Shown: piece by piece, positions 25,680 through 38,391 of the stretch
Layout of the letters: each line of letters opens with the position of its first letter
How positions within the stretch are numbered: the stretch's first letter is position 1
NCBI GenBank assembly: GCA_907165135.1
Contig: OU015569.1
Location: 10,788,001-10,852,000, forward strand
From: Oikopleura dioica
Lineage: Eukaryota > Animalia > Chordata
Direction: 5' to 3'
Length of the DNA stretch: 64,000 bases
Notes under the pieces: model-generated
Databases searched by the model: none
Told to the model about the DNA's origin: nothing
Seen by the model: the letters and a program-made list of their open reading frames with translations, nothing else
Program-made: the position numbers and the translations under genes

Positions 25680-26244
25680 TTAATGATAATGGTAATAGCT
25701 TGTGTTAACCGCTCCTTGAACATATTTTTGACGCAAATCCAAATATATCGACACTTCCATCCTTATTACAAAGTTTTCAAAAAGTTCAAAAGAAGCAGGA
25801 GTCTCAATGATGACCTACCTCAACACCGAAAATATCATACGAAGACCTCGTAAGTTTGTTGATTGAGTTGCCGACGTCTAGGTGGATTTTTCTCTCTTGC
25901 ATATAAATTGAGATAACTCTCGCTTCTGCTCTCTTTCTGGGTGTTATTACGAGCAGCTAAAAATAGTGAGCATTTGAGGCAGATTAAGAATGTTCTGTGG
26001 CACTTCCGATTAGCGCCTAGAGTCCCTTGCACGGACGAGAAGCCATTGACGCACATGATAGCACGTAGTCCAAAGGTCCAACTTGGCCTCCTCGTAATTC
26101 AGGTTCTGAATACTTTCAACCAAAATACAGCCAGACTTTGGCCCATACTGTAGTCAATTCAACTCCTACGGTGATGAGACAATTTCGATTTCTCAATCGT
26201 AATCTTTACTCGTTGTGTTTTTTCTCAGTGTATGAATATTTTTC

Positions 26245-26700
26245 ATGAAGAATTTTCATGGCGTATATAAAGGAGCCAAGAACTCATATTCTCAAAAAAA
26301 ACAAAAACTTTTGAAAAACTACGAGATTTTGGCTCCGAAGACCGAAGAAATGGCTCCGACACAGCTTCCCGCTACATCAACTCATGCTCCAGTGCTGGAT
26401 GAAATTGCAGACGGTGTAAGACACGGCTTTCACTATTTTTTCGGGATCGCATCGCCCATTGTCGGATTTTTCTTGGCAGTGTTTCTGATAACGGCGGCTA
26501 TTGCAGTCGTTATAGGAGTGCTTCAGGCATTGTGTAAATGGATGGGAGCGGGGATTTCGGAATCTGGTTCTGATGAAACAGAACGAGAAGGAGAGCGACT
26601 TGAACGAGAACGGCTTGAACGAAAACGACTACGACTAGAACGAGAACAAGCAATTGGTAAAGAAAAAAACAAGAAGACAATGAAGCAGAATATCGTATAA
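26245..26700 (+). CDS. Intronless orphan ORF with one long hydrophobic segment and a Glu/Arg-rich tail; true start may be MAPTQ
   Basis: 151-aa ORF; FFGIASPIVGFFLAVFLITAAIAVVIGVLQALC followed by ETEREGERLERERLERKRLRLERE. Confidence 0.5.
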   Translation: MKNFHGVYKGAKNSYSQKKQKLLKNYEILAPKTEEMAPTQLPATSTHAPVLDEIADGVRHGFHYFFGIASPIVGFFLAVFLITAAIAVVIGVLQALCKWMGAGISESGSDETEREGERLERERLERKRLRLEREQAIGKEKNKKTMKQNIV

Positions 26701-26838
26701 AATTCAGCTTCTGTGATTTATTCAAATTAACTGTATCCTCCCACGTGTAAATCATTACTTCTTATCCATAGGAAAATACGTTTACAGATATACACTATAA
26801 AAATTAAAATAAATAAAAATTTACAAAAAAAGCATTAA

Positions 26839-27224
26839 GGGGGTAGAAACAGCTTTCTCGATTTTGGACTGTAGCTATATAAAAGAAAACATAAGATTTA
26901 TTTATGTTAACGGAAATTCCTCATAAATGCTCCTAGAAAAGGGGTTTAGGTTCACAAAACTGTTAATGAAATTTAATTAACTAACAGGTGACTCGAGATA
27001 TTCGTGTTTGAAAAGTGGCAAAAATCGAGAATTTCCGAGAGAAAAGTTGCTTCTGAGCCCGCTTACTCAAAAAATTGTTGACTAAAACGAATTTCGTTGG
27101 AGATGTTCCTAGATCCAAGATGTATCTATCTAAACCTGAGGAGAAAATTTGAAAATGTAAGACTCTCTTGTCTGTAGCGCTGGTCAATAATCGCTTTTTT
27201 CGGAAAAAAGCTGTTTCTTCCCCC
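26839..27224. mobile_element. Kolobok-like MITE, copy B (386 bp), same orientation as copy A
   Basis: Same TIR with one mismatch, TTAA on both sides, clearly similar to 25294-25679 along its length. Confidence 0.88.
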
Positions 27225-27552
27225 TTAAACAAGAAAAAAAATGAAAAAAAAAATACAAAATAGAAAAATACAACTTATTTCCGAACCATAGTTGGTTTGG
27301 AAATACTGAATGATCCGCTCTGTTACTTTCACCATTCTCATATCAAATCAACCAAATTTCAATAAACCGGACTCTCTTTGAAAAAAAACATCTGTCTTTG
27401 TCATAATGTTGTTAATATTGAAAATAGAATGCCAAAATCCTGCATTTTTATCATGTCAGTTTTTGGCTGACTCTGCAAATTGCTGCAGATCGGGCGACAG
27501 AGAAGGCTTCCGTCGCTCAGATCTCCCTAAAGAGCTCAACTCCATGGTAAAA

Positions 27553-27676
27553 TAAGGGGTCCCCGTGTTCATTCTTGACTTTCAGCATGTGGTTCCCTGG
27601 TTGATCCTTGACTTATAACGTGTGGTTCCCTAGTTCATCCCGTTGAAAGTCAAGGATGAACTAGGGGGCCCCCTAA
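27553..27676. repeat. Small degenerate inverted-repeat element with two internal ~30-bp tandem units
   Basis: AGGGGTCCCCGTGTTCATTCTTGACTTTCA versus reverse complement AGGGGGCCCCCTAGTTCATCCTTGACTTTCA; internal TGTGGTTCCCT.GTT.ATCC twice. Confidence 0.6.
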
Positions 27677-28266
27677 TTTATTTTCGATGATCAAATTGAT
27701 CATGAAACTTTTGAGCAAAGCAGAAAAAAGGGAAAAAAGCAAGTTCACCATACCTGCTATGATGAGTCATTGACTCATCCGGATGATAAGAAAGGATGCG
27801 CAATCAAAACAAAAACCCGTCTTCGTCGCTACGTCTTAGGTCTCCAACTAGGGGAGTTTTTTTATCTTTTCTCAGAGATTTTCTTGCCTGAAGACGTCAA
27901 AGACGAAAGAAGTTCAACGAGAGGCAGTTTTCCGCCGATTTGATCGAAAATCGCACGCTCAGCTACGTATTCGAAGACCGACTGAATTGGTTAAAAATAG
28001 AACTTCAAGAGCAGGGATTATCGCGCCGAAGGCGAGTGTCCTAATTTCCAGAGTGAGTCGGAGTCGACGCGGGGCGCCGGTCATTCCCACACTCGCGGCA
28101 CGAGAACCTCGCTTCTGCCAGCAGAAAACTCAAAGAGAAACTGACTCTTTTCGAATAGAAAAAGCGACAGACCAATCAGGTCCTTCGAAATTGTCTGGAA
28201 AGCACTTTCTCTCACCTGATAAGCTGACAACTTTTGAAAATTACGAAAAAGCAGGAAATCGAGAAA

Positions 28267-30555
28267 ATGTCAAGAAAACGCGAGGGGAGTTCGAACACGA
28301 GCGCATCGAGAAAGCCGAGATACGAAGATGTGATCATGATCGCGGACAGCAGTGACGATGAGCAAAGCCAGGTTCCTCCTGCCGGTGACGACGAGTGTAT
28401 GATTATCGAAGACAAATGCATCCCTCCAGATCGCCGATCCGTCAGTGTCGAAAGTCGAGAAGTTCCTGGCAGTTCGAAAGAGACAGCACCAAAGCAATTG
28501 CTTCGTAAGTAAAAAAAATCAGCTTGCCTGAATGTTATAATGAAGTAAAAGGATGATTATTTTGAATCTTGTGATAATATTCCTTTTTTAGATAATTGGG
28601 CGTGCCCAATTTGCGATCAGAAGTTTGGCATGGATTTGGTTTCGCTTGAAATCCACGCTGCATTATGCAACGGCAAGCCGATAGTTCCACATTCTCCGAA
28701 CTTGAATCACGAGAAGCCATCAACAAGCCAGAACTTAGGGTTGCCGCAGCCTGTGTTACAGATAAACATATGGCCGAAACCTAAGCCACCTTCTTTGATT
28801 CCTAACAGAACAAGGACTGTTGGTGATGACTTACTGCCATGCCCACTTTGCGGAAAGAAATTTCACCTGGAAATTCTTCAAGTGCACGCAGCAGAATGTA
28901 CTGGAGCACCAGAGGAAGAAGTTCCGCCATCGACAAGCAAGCAAGGTACACCAAAGCCGTTGGAAAAGGTGGCTTGCCCACTCTGTGGAGAAGAATACGA
29001 CCTGGTTACTCTCCAAGTCCACGCAGCTGAATGCAGCGGAGCGCCAGAACCTCCACATTCATCAAACGTCAACCATAAGAAGCCCTCGACAAGCAAGGCT
29101 TTGGAGAAGGTGGCATGCCCACTCTGTAGCGAGCAGTTCGAGCTGGAGATCCTTCAAATCCACGCGGCGGAGTGTAATGGAGAGCCAGCCAAGACGGGAG
29201 AAGCTCCCTCTCACTCATCGTACTCCAATCCAGGGCCGTCCACAAGCCAACATCCAGACATTTCAAAGCCTCCTGCAAAGCCCGTGAAAAAGCCTGTGAA
29301 GAAAAACGCCTCAGAGACCAGAAAAATTAGAAATGAGAAGATTTCGGAGATCACACAGCCTGTTAGTGATGATGTACCTCTTTCTGATCTTGGAACAGGA
29401 AAGGGCTTTAATTTATTATTAATTATTTTTAAATTCATATATTATATATAAAAATAAATCAATCGAAATAAGTTAATAAGCCCATCAAAAGTTCACTGTC
29501 TCGATGCTCCAAGTCCGACCCACGCTTTCTACGACTCCAAAACTCGCCACCCGAAGACATTCCTAAAAATCTACAACGCCGAATTAAAGCGACTCCGCAC
29601 TTCGATGCCAAAAGGAATTCACCTGTGGCATTATGAGAGTCGTCTCGATTTGCTTTCATTTGCCATCGAAGGTACGAATGATTTCGTTGTTGTTACTAAA
29701 AACCTATTTTGAAGGCCCACCTGGCACCCCTTACGAGTTCTGCATTTTCACCTTCGATGTGTTATTACCAGCCGGATATCCGCTCACGAAAGCACCAAAA
29801 GTCCACTACAGATCAACCATCGGCGATGGTAGAGATGGCATGGCTCACAGGTAAATTAATCTTTTCATTCGCAATTTGATCACTTTTTAAGAATCAACCC
29901 GAATCTCTACTCAAATGGAAAGGTCTGCCTATCTCTCCTTGGAACTTGGTCTGGAAGTGGCTGCGAGAAGTGGAGCTATACTTCGAATATTTTGCAGCTG
30001 GTAGTGTCGCTTCAAGGTAAACGAAAACCTCATCAATAGAACTTACACAACTCAGGTCTCACACTCAATGCGGAGCCGTATTTCAACGAACCTGGATTCG
30101 AGGCACACAGAAACACCCCCGATGGTGTAGTACGCTCAAGGAACTATAATGAGAACCTAACAACATTACTTTGCGATCACGTGGTCACAACAATCAGGTA
30201 GAATATTTTCTCAAGAACGAGCTTTTACGAACCATCCTCTTAGAAATCCAGGAGCGCCATTTGAGGAGCTGGTAAGGGAAAGCTACTTTGGATCTAAGGA
30301 GAGCAACAAAGAGGGAATGCTCGGCAAATTCATTCAAAAGATGGAAAATCTAATAGCCAACCGACCAGACAATTTGCCCTACCCTTTACGTCCATTCACG
30401 AACTCTAAGAAACCATTTCTCACAGGTTCATACCGTTCATTAATTCCGTTTTTAATTATTTTCTAGGAAAATTACAACCGCTGAAGAAAATCAAAGCCGA
30501 ACATGATAGAAAAAATAGCATCTTCTTCTGCCTAAATTATTTTCATCGCTCATAA
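28267..30555 (+). CDS. UBE2O/BIRC6-subfamily ubiquitin-conjugating enzyme with four N-terminal C2HC (UBZ4-like) zinc fingers and SIM-like motifs
   Basis: UBC: LDLLSFAIE|[17 protein letters not shown]|[19 protein letters not shown] (catalytic Cys), [10 protein letters not shown]|[15 protein letters not shown]. Four C-x2-C-x11/14-H-x3-C repeats; [11 protein letters not shown]. Confidence 0.88.
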
Positions 30556-31305
30556 TTTTGACTGCCTCTGTAACCAACAACTTCAACGGAAAAAATCAAC
30601 CAATTTTCAAAAGTTTCACGAAATGAAAAAAACAAAAACAGCTCACTGCGCACTTTCCACTCACAGCAAATAAACTCACTTCTACGAAAGATGATAGTTC
30701 TCTTCCTTGATTTCCTGCAGGAGAAAAACAACTCTTTTGATATAAATTTTCGGCATATCAAAACAAGTATTTCAGAAGTAAGAATTATATATTTAAAGTA
30801 TATGACAGGAAATAAATACAGAATAGCAATGCAGCACATTTCCTTTACGAAAGAAAAAATAAAGAAATGCGAACTTAGAATAGAATAATTTACAGATTAT
30901 TGAGGATTGCAGAAGGAGTAGGAAAAGAAGAATAATAATAATAATGAAGAGAGGAATAATTATAACTTTGTAATTGGCGAAGAAATTTTCGAAGAAAAGG
31001 ATTGACGGATTCGTTTCAAAAATAAAAAAAAAAACAAAAGAAGCTTGCTATAAAACTGCCGGTAAGGGGAAGAGTCTAGTTTTTCGCTATTCTACGAGTG
31101 CATAAGTATAAGAACATGAAGTATAATGGTGTTTCGTCGGCCAGAGAAGAGCAAAAAAGAGAATAGTAGTAAAAATATAATAGAATGAGCGAGGGTTTTA
31201 TCTTTGTGGGTGAACTTTGATGAAATGATTCAATTATTCGATGAGGCGATTGAATTTTTATTTAATTTTCTATAAATAACTTTGTTTTATCCGTTTTTTA
31301 ATTAA

Positions 31306-33012
<1,707 letters not shown>

Positions 33013-33220
33013 CTATCTCTACAAAGAAAAGGCGGTTATAAATATAGTCTGAACTAGAATAGTTAAACTTTGATTTGAGGAAAAGACGGAATAATCTTCC
33101 GATACAAGGCAAAAGGCAATTCACAGCAACAAGAAAATCATCGAACGCGTCATCAGGGGTCAATAAGTAAGAGTTTGATAGGTAAGCATCCGGTGGTCAG
33201 GCAAACGTAAATAATCGTAT

Positions 33221-33941
33221 TTATAAAGGAGAGTATTCGTATTGATGCAGTTTTCTCTCTTTCGCGTCTGGGTGAAAATAATAAATATAAGGAGGGTGGA
33301 AGATCTTGAGCGCGGCGGCCCCGGCAATGTTGGACGCAATCAAGTTGATATTGAAAGTCATCAAGACGAGCATGCTCAGCTGCGAGAGCAGAAACGACAG
33401 CGCATTCGCACAGGCGAGCCATAGGTAGCGGCGATTTGAACTGATGAATGAGAACTGGCGGATTCTCTTCAACTCGGTTTGGCTGCGCGAGGAGCTGCGC
33501 CGCCCGTGAGCGTAAGATGCCACGAAATCTGAAAGAAACTGATTCAAAATTGGATCATTTTTCAGTGATTTATTTTACGAGCAATGAATGCGAATCCGAT
33601 GATTACAAAGCGCTACAACATTGTCATTGGATTAGCGTTACTAAAGGATGTAACCAATAGTGGTTAAAATTCAAGTTATTCTTGTTGTATTTACCATTTT
33701 GGTTCTTGTGGAGCCACTCGGCTGCTAATTCGCTGATGATGGAGAGTGCAAACACAATGAAGCAACCCAGCGCGAGTGTGGCTCGATCTTCGATGAAGAA
33801 GCTTTTGAAGAGCAGATGAAACTCATCTACTCCGCTCCACAAGTATTTGTATGATTCTACGAAAGAGGAAAGAAAAGTTACATAAAGTTCGAAGTTTTCT
33901 TAATTGTTCTTACTTCTTGGTCCATCCTCGTCTGGATTCAT
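33221..33941 (-). CDS. SLC31A: CTR/SLC31 copper transporter family protein, three exons
   Basis: FHLLFKSFFIE...LGCFIVFALSIISE (TM1); TM2 motif SMLVLMTFN (MxxxM + TFN); TM3 LIASNIAGAAAL. Confidence 0.75.
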
Positions 33942-34968
33942 CGTCAGCAAAAGCACGTCAATGTTCACGATAATGTACTGTACATTGGGTTAATCGAGAG
34001 AAGCTACAGAATTACTGTTGTTTTGCTAATTACTAATTAGTAATTAGTTACTTTGAAATTCCGCTATTTTAATTCCTACAATGCTGTTTTGAGCTCTCTG
34101 TTTTGTTTATTATTTGGCAATTAAACTTGATGACATTCACCGTCGCTGGTGATTGTTTTTTACGTATTTCTGGACGGTTTGTAACCCTCTCGTAAAAAAG
34201 AACAAAGAAGAAAATCCTTCTTTCTTTCATTTCCTACCAACTAAGAGGAAAATTAAAAGCTGCTCAAGTTTCCAGATAAATTGCTAAATAATTTATATAA
34301 ACAGTTAGCTACTCAAGTAATAAAGGTGTTTTTGTCGAACTTTTCAATTAAAGGAATCTATAATTCAAAAATTTATTCTTTTCAGCGATCAAAACTGCCA
34401 ATTTTTAACTAAAATCGGCGCTAGAATCTTTAATTCAAATTCTGGTAGAGCTAGAATTTACAATTCAGTTAAAGTTCGACTCTGGAAACCTTCCTTTCTC
34501 ATTCGTTCAGGACTATCTTCGTTTCTAGCAGTTCTCTTGGCGGATAGAAGATTCATCAGAAATTCAATTCAGAAGAAAAGGCATTTTTGTTTTTTTGCTT
34601 TTGAATTTTTTGCGCGTTTTTCTTGCGTTTGCGCGTCGCAGCTATTGACTCTTTTCTCTCTCTTGGTTAGTAATGAGTGACTCACGCTGGCGGTGAGTCA
34701 TTTCTGAAATGAAAAGAGAAAAAAAAACGAAACGCGATTAAATTTTAAAGTTTGAAGAAATGAAGAATTTATGAATTCAAGAAAGCTGAACTAAGAAAAA
34801 ATCTACGAAAAATATTAATTTATTTAAAAAAAATCAATTTATAAAATGAATCAGATTCAGAATTTGGCATATTAATATTGATTAGCCCGTCATCGTTTTT
34901 GTGAGCACAAAATACCAATTTGTTCCGTCCGAATACTGTTAAAATAATCCTAGTTGAAAACTGAGAAT

Positions 34969-35185
34969 CTGGGCTTGGCAATCAGTGTAGAAAACCTGAG
35001 TTAGGTTCTCAAGAGCTCCAATGAAGAGCGGCGTAGCAAGCAAAGCAGTTTGGATAGAATTTTAAAATAGAATAAAATGGTAATTTTCATTAAGAAGAAA
35101 CGCTTTTAAAAAAGGCGCTACGTGGCTTTTGATTTGGGCTCTTCAGAATCTGACTCAGGTTTTCTGCACAGATTGCCGAGTCTAG
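34969..35185. mobile_element. Diverged copy of a foldback MITE family (ends approximate)
   Basis: Ends GGCAATCAGTGTAGAAAACCTGAGT / ACTCAGGTTTCTGCACAGATTGCC match the termini of 45420-45640. Confidence 0.65.
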
Positions 35186-35869
35186 CTGAAAATCTAAGCT
35201 GAAATATAAATCGTTCAGAATGGTGAACGAAGGAAAAAGTAAAAAAGCGGCGAAGCGGCTGGCAAAAGAAGCAGATTTAGTTTTGTCGAGCTGGAAGTTG
35301 GCAGATCAGCTCTACACGAGTTTCTACGGCGATTGTTGGCCAGGGCCAGGGATTGATTTATGATGAACTTGAGCCTCAGTTTCCAGCGACCCTGGTTGAA
35401 CCGGGCACTAGAATCCGTTCCCATGAAAATCCTGAGTTGAGATCAAAGAAGAACTTTTGAAGCCTCGTGAATTGGCGCTCTGCTCAACGACTCCGAAGCC
35501 AGAAGAAACGCTCTTCAGGAATAAACTCTCTTACCGACTCAGCTCGACAATCGAGGATCGAAAAGAAGGAGAGTCTTCTTCTTTCGACTTTTGCGTCGAT
35601 CAAGAAGCACTTTTCTTGTTTGAAGTGATGGAGCTTTCTTCAAAAGACAACTTTCTCGGTGAGCATTTAATATGCAATTTGAATAAGGGACTGAGTAGAA
35701 TATGCTTTCATGACAATGGAGCCGCACAGCGGCTTCTCCCAAATAACTTTATCATCTTGAAACTCTGTCGAAAGCTCTGTCAAGACCCTGACTCAGGTGT
35801 TCTACAGGAACTGCCGAGCCCAGGCTCAGATGCTTTAATGGAATCAGCCTCTAATTTTTTGATTAAGAC

Positions 35870-36986
35870 ATGTTCGGATACCCCGGCTACTTGGCAGTGC
35901 TAGTCAGTCACATGCTAAAAAGTATGAGTTTCACAACGAACGGGTCAACTCCGAGCACACACCAGAAACTGCGCTCCAGAATAACCGAAGAAGCGGCTGG
36001 TGGAGGTGAAAGAATAAGAGTCACCGGATGGGATGCGGTGAAATTTGGCGTCGCGGAAGCATCCACTTACAGTAAAGTCCTCCTCGTCGCTCCGTCGAGT
36101 GACGAAAAAGCGACGTTCTCCGATGAGAAACAGTTGAAAAAGTCTAGGATCGACAAATGCCCCCGAAATCCGGATCGGGTTTTCGTCGGATTTTCTCGAA
36201 GTCTGATTTTTCCGATCGGGTTTTCGTCGGGTTTTGTCGGGTTTTAATCGGATTTTCGTAGGGTATTTTTCGGGTTTTTGTAGGGTATTTTTTCGGGTTT
36301 TTATCGGGTTTTTGTCGGGTCTTTGTCGGGTTCTTGTCGAAATGTTACAAAACTGAAGTTGAATCAAGTAAAATGAATCCAAATCGGGGAAAATAGACAG
36401 AATTTTTGGCTAACGGAATTTCGGGTACTCTCATTAATCAAACTGATGAGTAGATCCGAAGAGAAACCCGACGAAAATACCCTACAAAAATCCGATAAAG
36501 GACCCTATAAAAACCCGATTTTGTAGGGTCGCAAAAATTTCAGCATCGGGTTTTTGTAGGGTCAGCAGAATCCAACAAAAACCCGACAAAAACGTCGGTT
36601 TTCGATCGGGTGTCGGGTGGGACTTGTCGATCCTAGGAAAAAGTGGACGGATAAAGTGACCAGGCAAAATGCGAAGAAACAACTCCTCAATTTGATTTCA
36701 GCCCTTTCCGCTACCGCTCCCGGTGGCACAGGTAGAGCCCTTATTTTACAAAATCAATGCATTTGACCAATAATAACATTCAGTTTTCTACGCCACTAGA
36801 TCCATGTCTCCCTTCGAAAACGACGAAGTAGTGGAAAAAGCGCTCAAAAAGTCGCGAACGGAGCCTGTGGCGATGAAGATTTCAAGCACAATCGGAAGAG
36901 CGACAAAGTACGGAATACAAATTCTGCCCAACGAGGCGCCCTTTGGTCCACTTTATGTTTCTAAACTGAAAATACAGTCGGAATAA
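35870..36986 (+). CDS. Orphan gene interrupted by a hAT-like MITE; frame is restored when the element is removed; GT-AG intron 36732-36783
   Basis: ...FSDEKQLKK[element]WTDKVTRQNAKKQLLNLISALSATAPGGT|VFYATRSMSPFENDEVVEK...KIQSE*, joining in frame to the ORF-track ORF 36804-36986. Confidence 0.6.
36144..36636. mobile_element. hAT-like MITE (493 bp)
   Basis: Perfect 13-bp TIR CTAGGATCGACAA; perfect 8-bp TSD GAAAAAGT (36136-36143, 36637-36644); subterminal TCGGGTTTT / AAAACCCGA arrays. Confidence 0.95.
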
Positions 36987-37353
36987 ATTGCCATTCTCGA
37001 TTTTAAAGCATTTTTTTTGAAGAATTCAAGTTATTTTCAAGGCAATTTGCAGCATTTCTTAGCTATTTATCGTCGTTTTTTGGCTATTTTTTGCATTGAA
37101 TTCGGGCAAATCAAATTTTGGTTGAACAAAATCTCTGTATAGTTTATTTGACTAAATTACGTTGAAGGCAGACATAGAAAAAATATTTGTTTGACTTTTG
37201 GGTTGAGTTACGCATTAGCACCACCCTACAGACAATTACACCGTTTTTTTTTGTTTAATTATTTTTTTTGTACTTGGCAAGTTTAAGTGTATTTGGTTGA
37301 AAAGAGTGTTTAATATGGCGTTTTTAAAATTGATGGAACTGTGGATAGTATTC

Positions 37354-37997
37354 AGGCCTCCGTCTTGAGGAGCTCTGGCTCGGCTTTGCTTGCGCCGGGC
37401 ATCGTCGTCTCAGGGTCGCAGGATTTCGGCGGAGATGTCTCTCCTGTTTCTTTTGGCGCTGTTTCGTCTAGAGCCGTCGGTTCAACGGCTTCTGCAACGG
37501 TGAGCAGCTTGTTGGAGGATGAACTTTCGGATTGGCACTAAAAACAGAAAATAAGACCCTTTTCTTTATCTCCGAAACTCACCAAAGACGAAGGGGTTTC
37601 AACAGAGTTTCCAAGCTCTGGCTCTTCTCGATTGAGCAAGCCTTCGGACATTTTCAACGTTTCCAGTTCGAGTCGCTCTTCAGGAGTTGGTTCTATTCCC
37701 TCCTCTTCTGCTTTCTTTCGCTTAGCTTCGAGGAAGGCGATTAATCTAACAAAGATAGGAGTAAGTGAAAGTGGCAATTTTGGAACAAAAGAAGCAGCGA
37801 AAAAGTCACTAGCCCGCGGCCGGGACTTGGTTGTTATTCTCTTTACCTCAACCGAGAACGCCGTCTAGCGGAGGGCGACGGCTTCTTCTTTTTCACTTTT
37901 CCGGCGTTGGATCCTGATTGGTCACACAAGATGGCGCTCGCTGCATTCCCGAAATTGCCTCGCGACTGCGTGTTTCGACCAACCGGTTTCGCCTTAC
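37354..37997 (-). CDS. Three orphan exons (basic KKKKPSPSARRRSRLR motif, then Glu/Ser/Pro-rich); may be the 3' end of the Gln/Ala-rich gene or a separate gene
   Basis: Hand-spliced frame GKVKKKKPSPSARRRSRLR|LIAFLEAKRKKAEEEG...|...KAEPELLKTEA*. Confidence 0.4.
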
Positions 37998-38391
37998 GAA
38001 AAAATGCAAATAAAAAGTGCAAATCAACAATTTATTTTCGGAGTATAAAAACGCACACATCCCGCCCCCTTATCTTAGATCGTAATTTGAGTTATGAACT
38101 TGGGATAGAGAGTTTCTCCTATCCGCTTAAATACGGTATTCAATTCCACATTCATCAAAAAGCTCGACTTTCAAGCTCCAGATATTTCAAAATTTGGAGT
38201 TTTTCCAGATTTTTTCTTTTCCAAATTCGCGAATGGAAATTCGGGAAGGAAGGTTTTTTAATCCTCAGATTTAGTGGAACTTGATCCGCGTGCGGATCGC
38301 ATTGATTAATCCAACGAGGCAGAATTAGGTTATCACTTATTTTTTCACCCAATCAGCGCAAGTAAGATTTTATGCGTGTTTTTATACTTAC

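Noticed and set aside
35945-36682. Lys/Pro/Arg-rich ORFs here and at 23170-24669, 60754-61275 and 61878-62247
   Set aside because: They are translations of MITE subterminal repeats and satellite; there is no transposase motif
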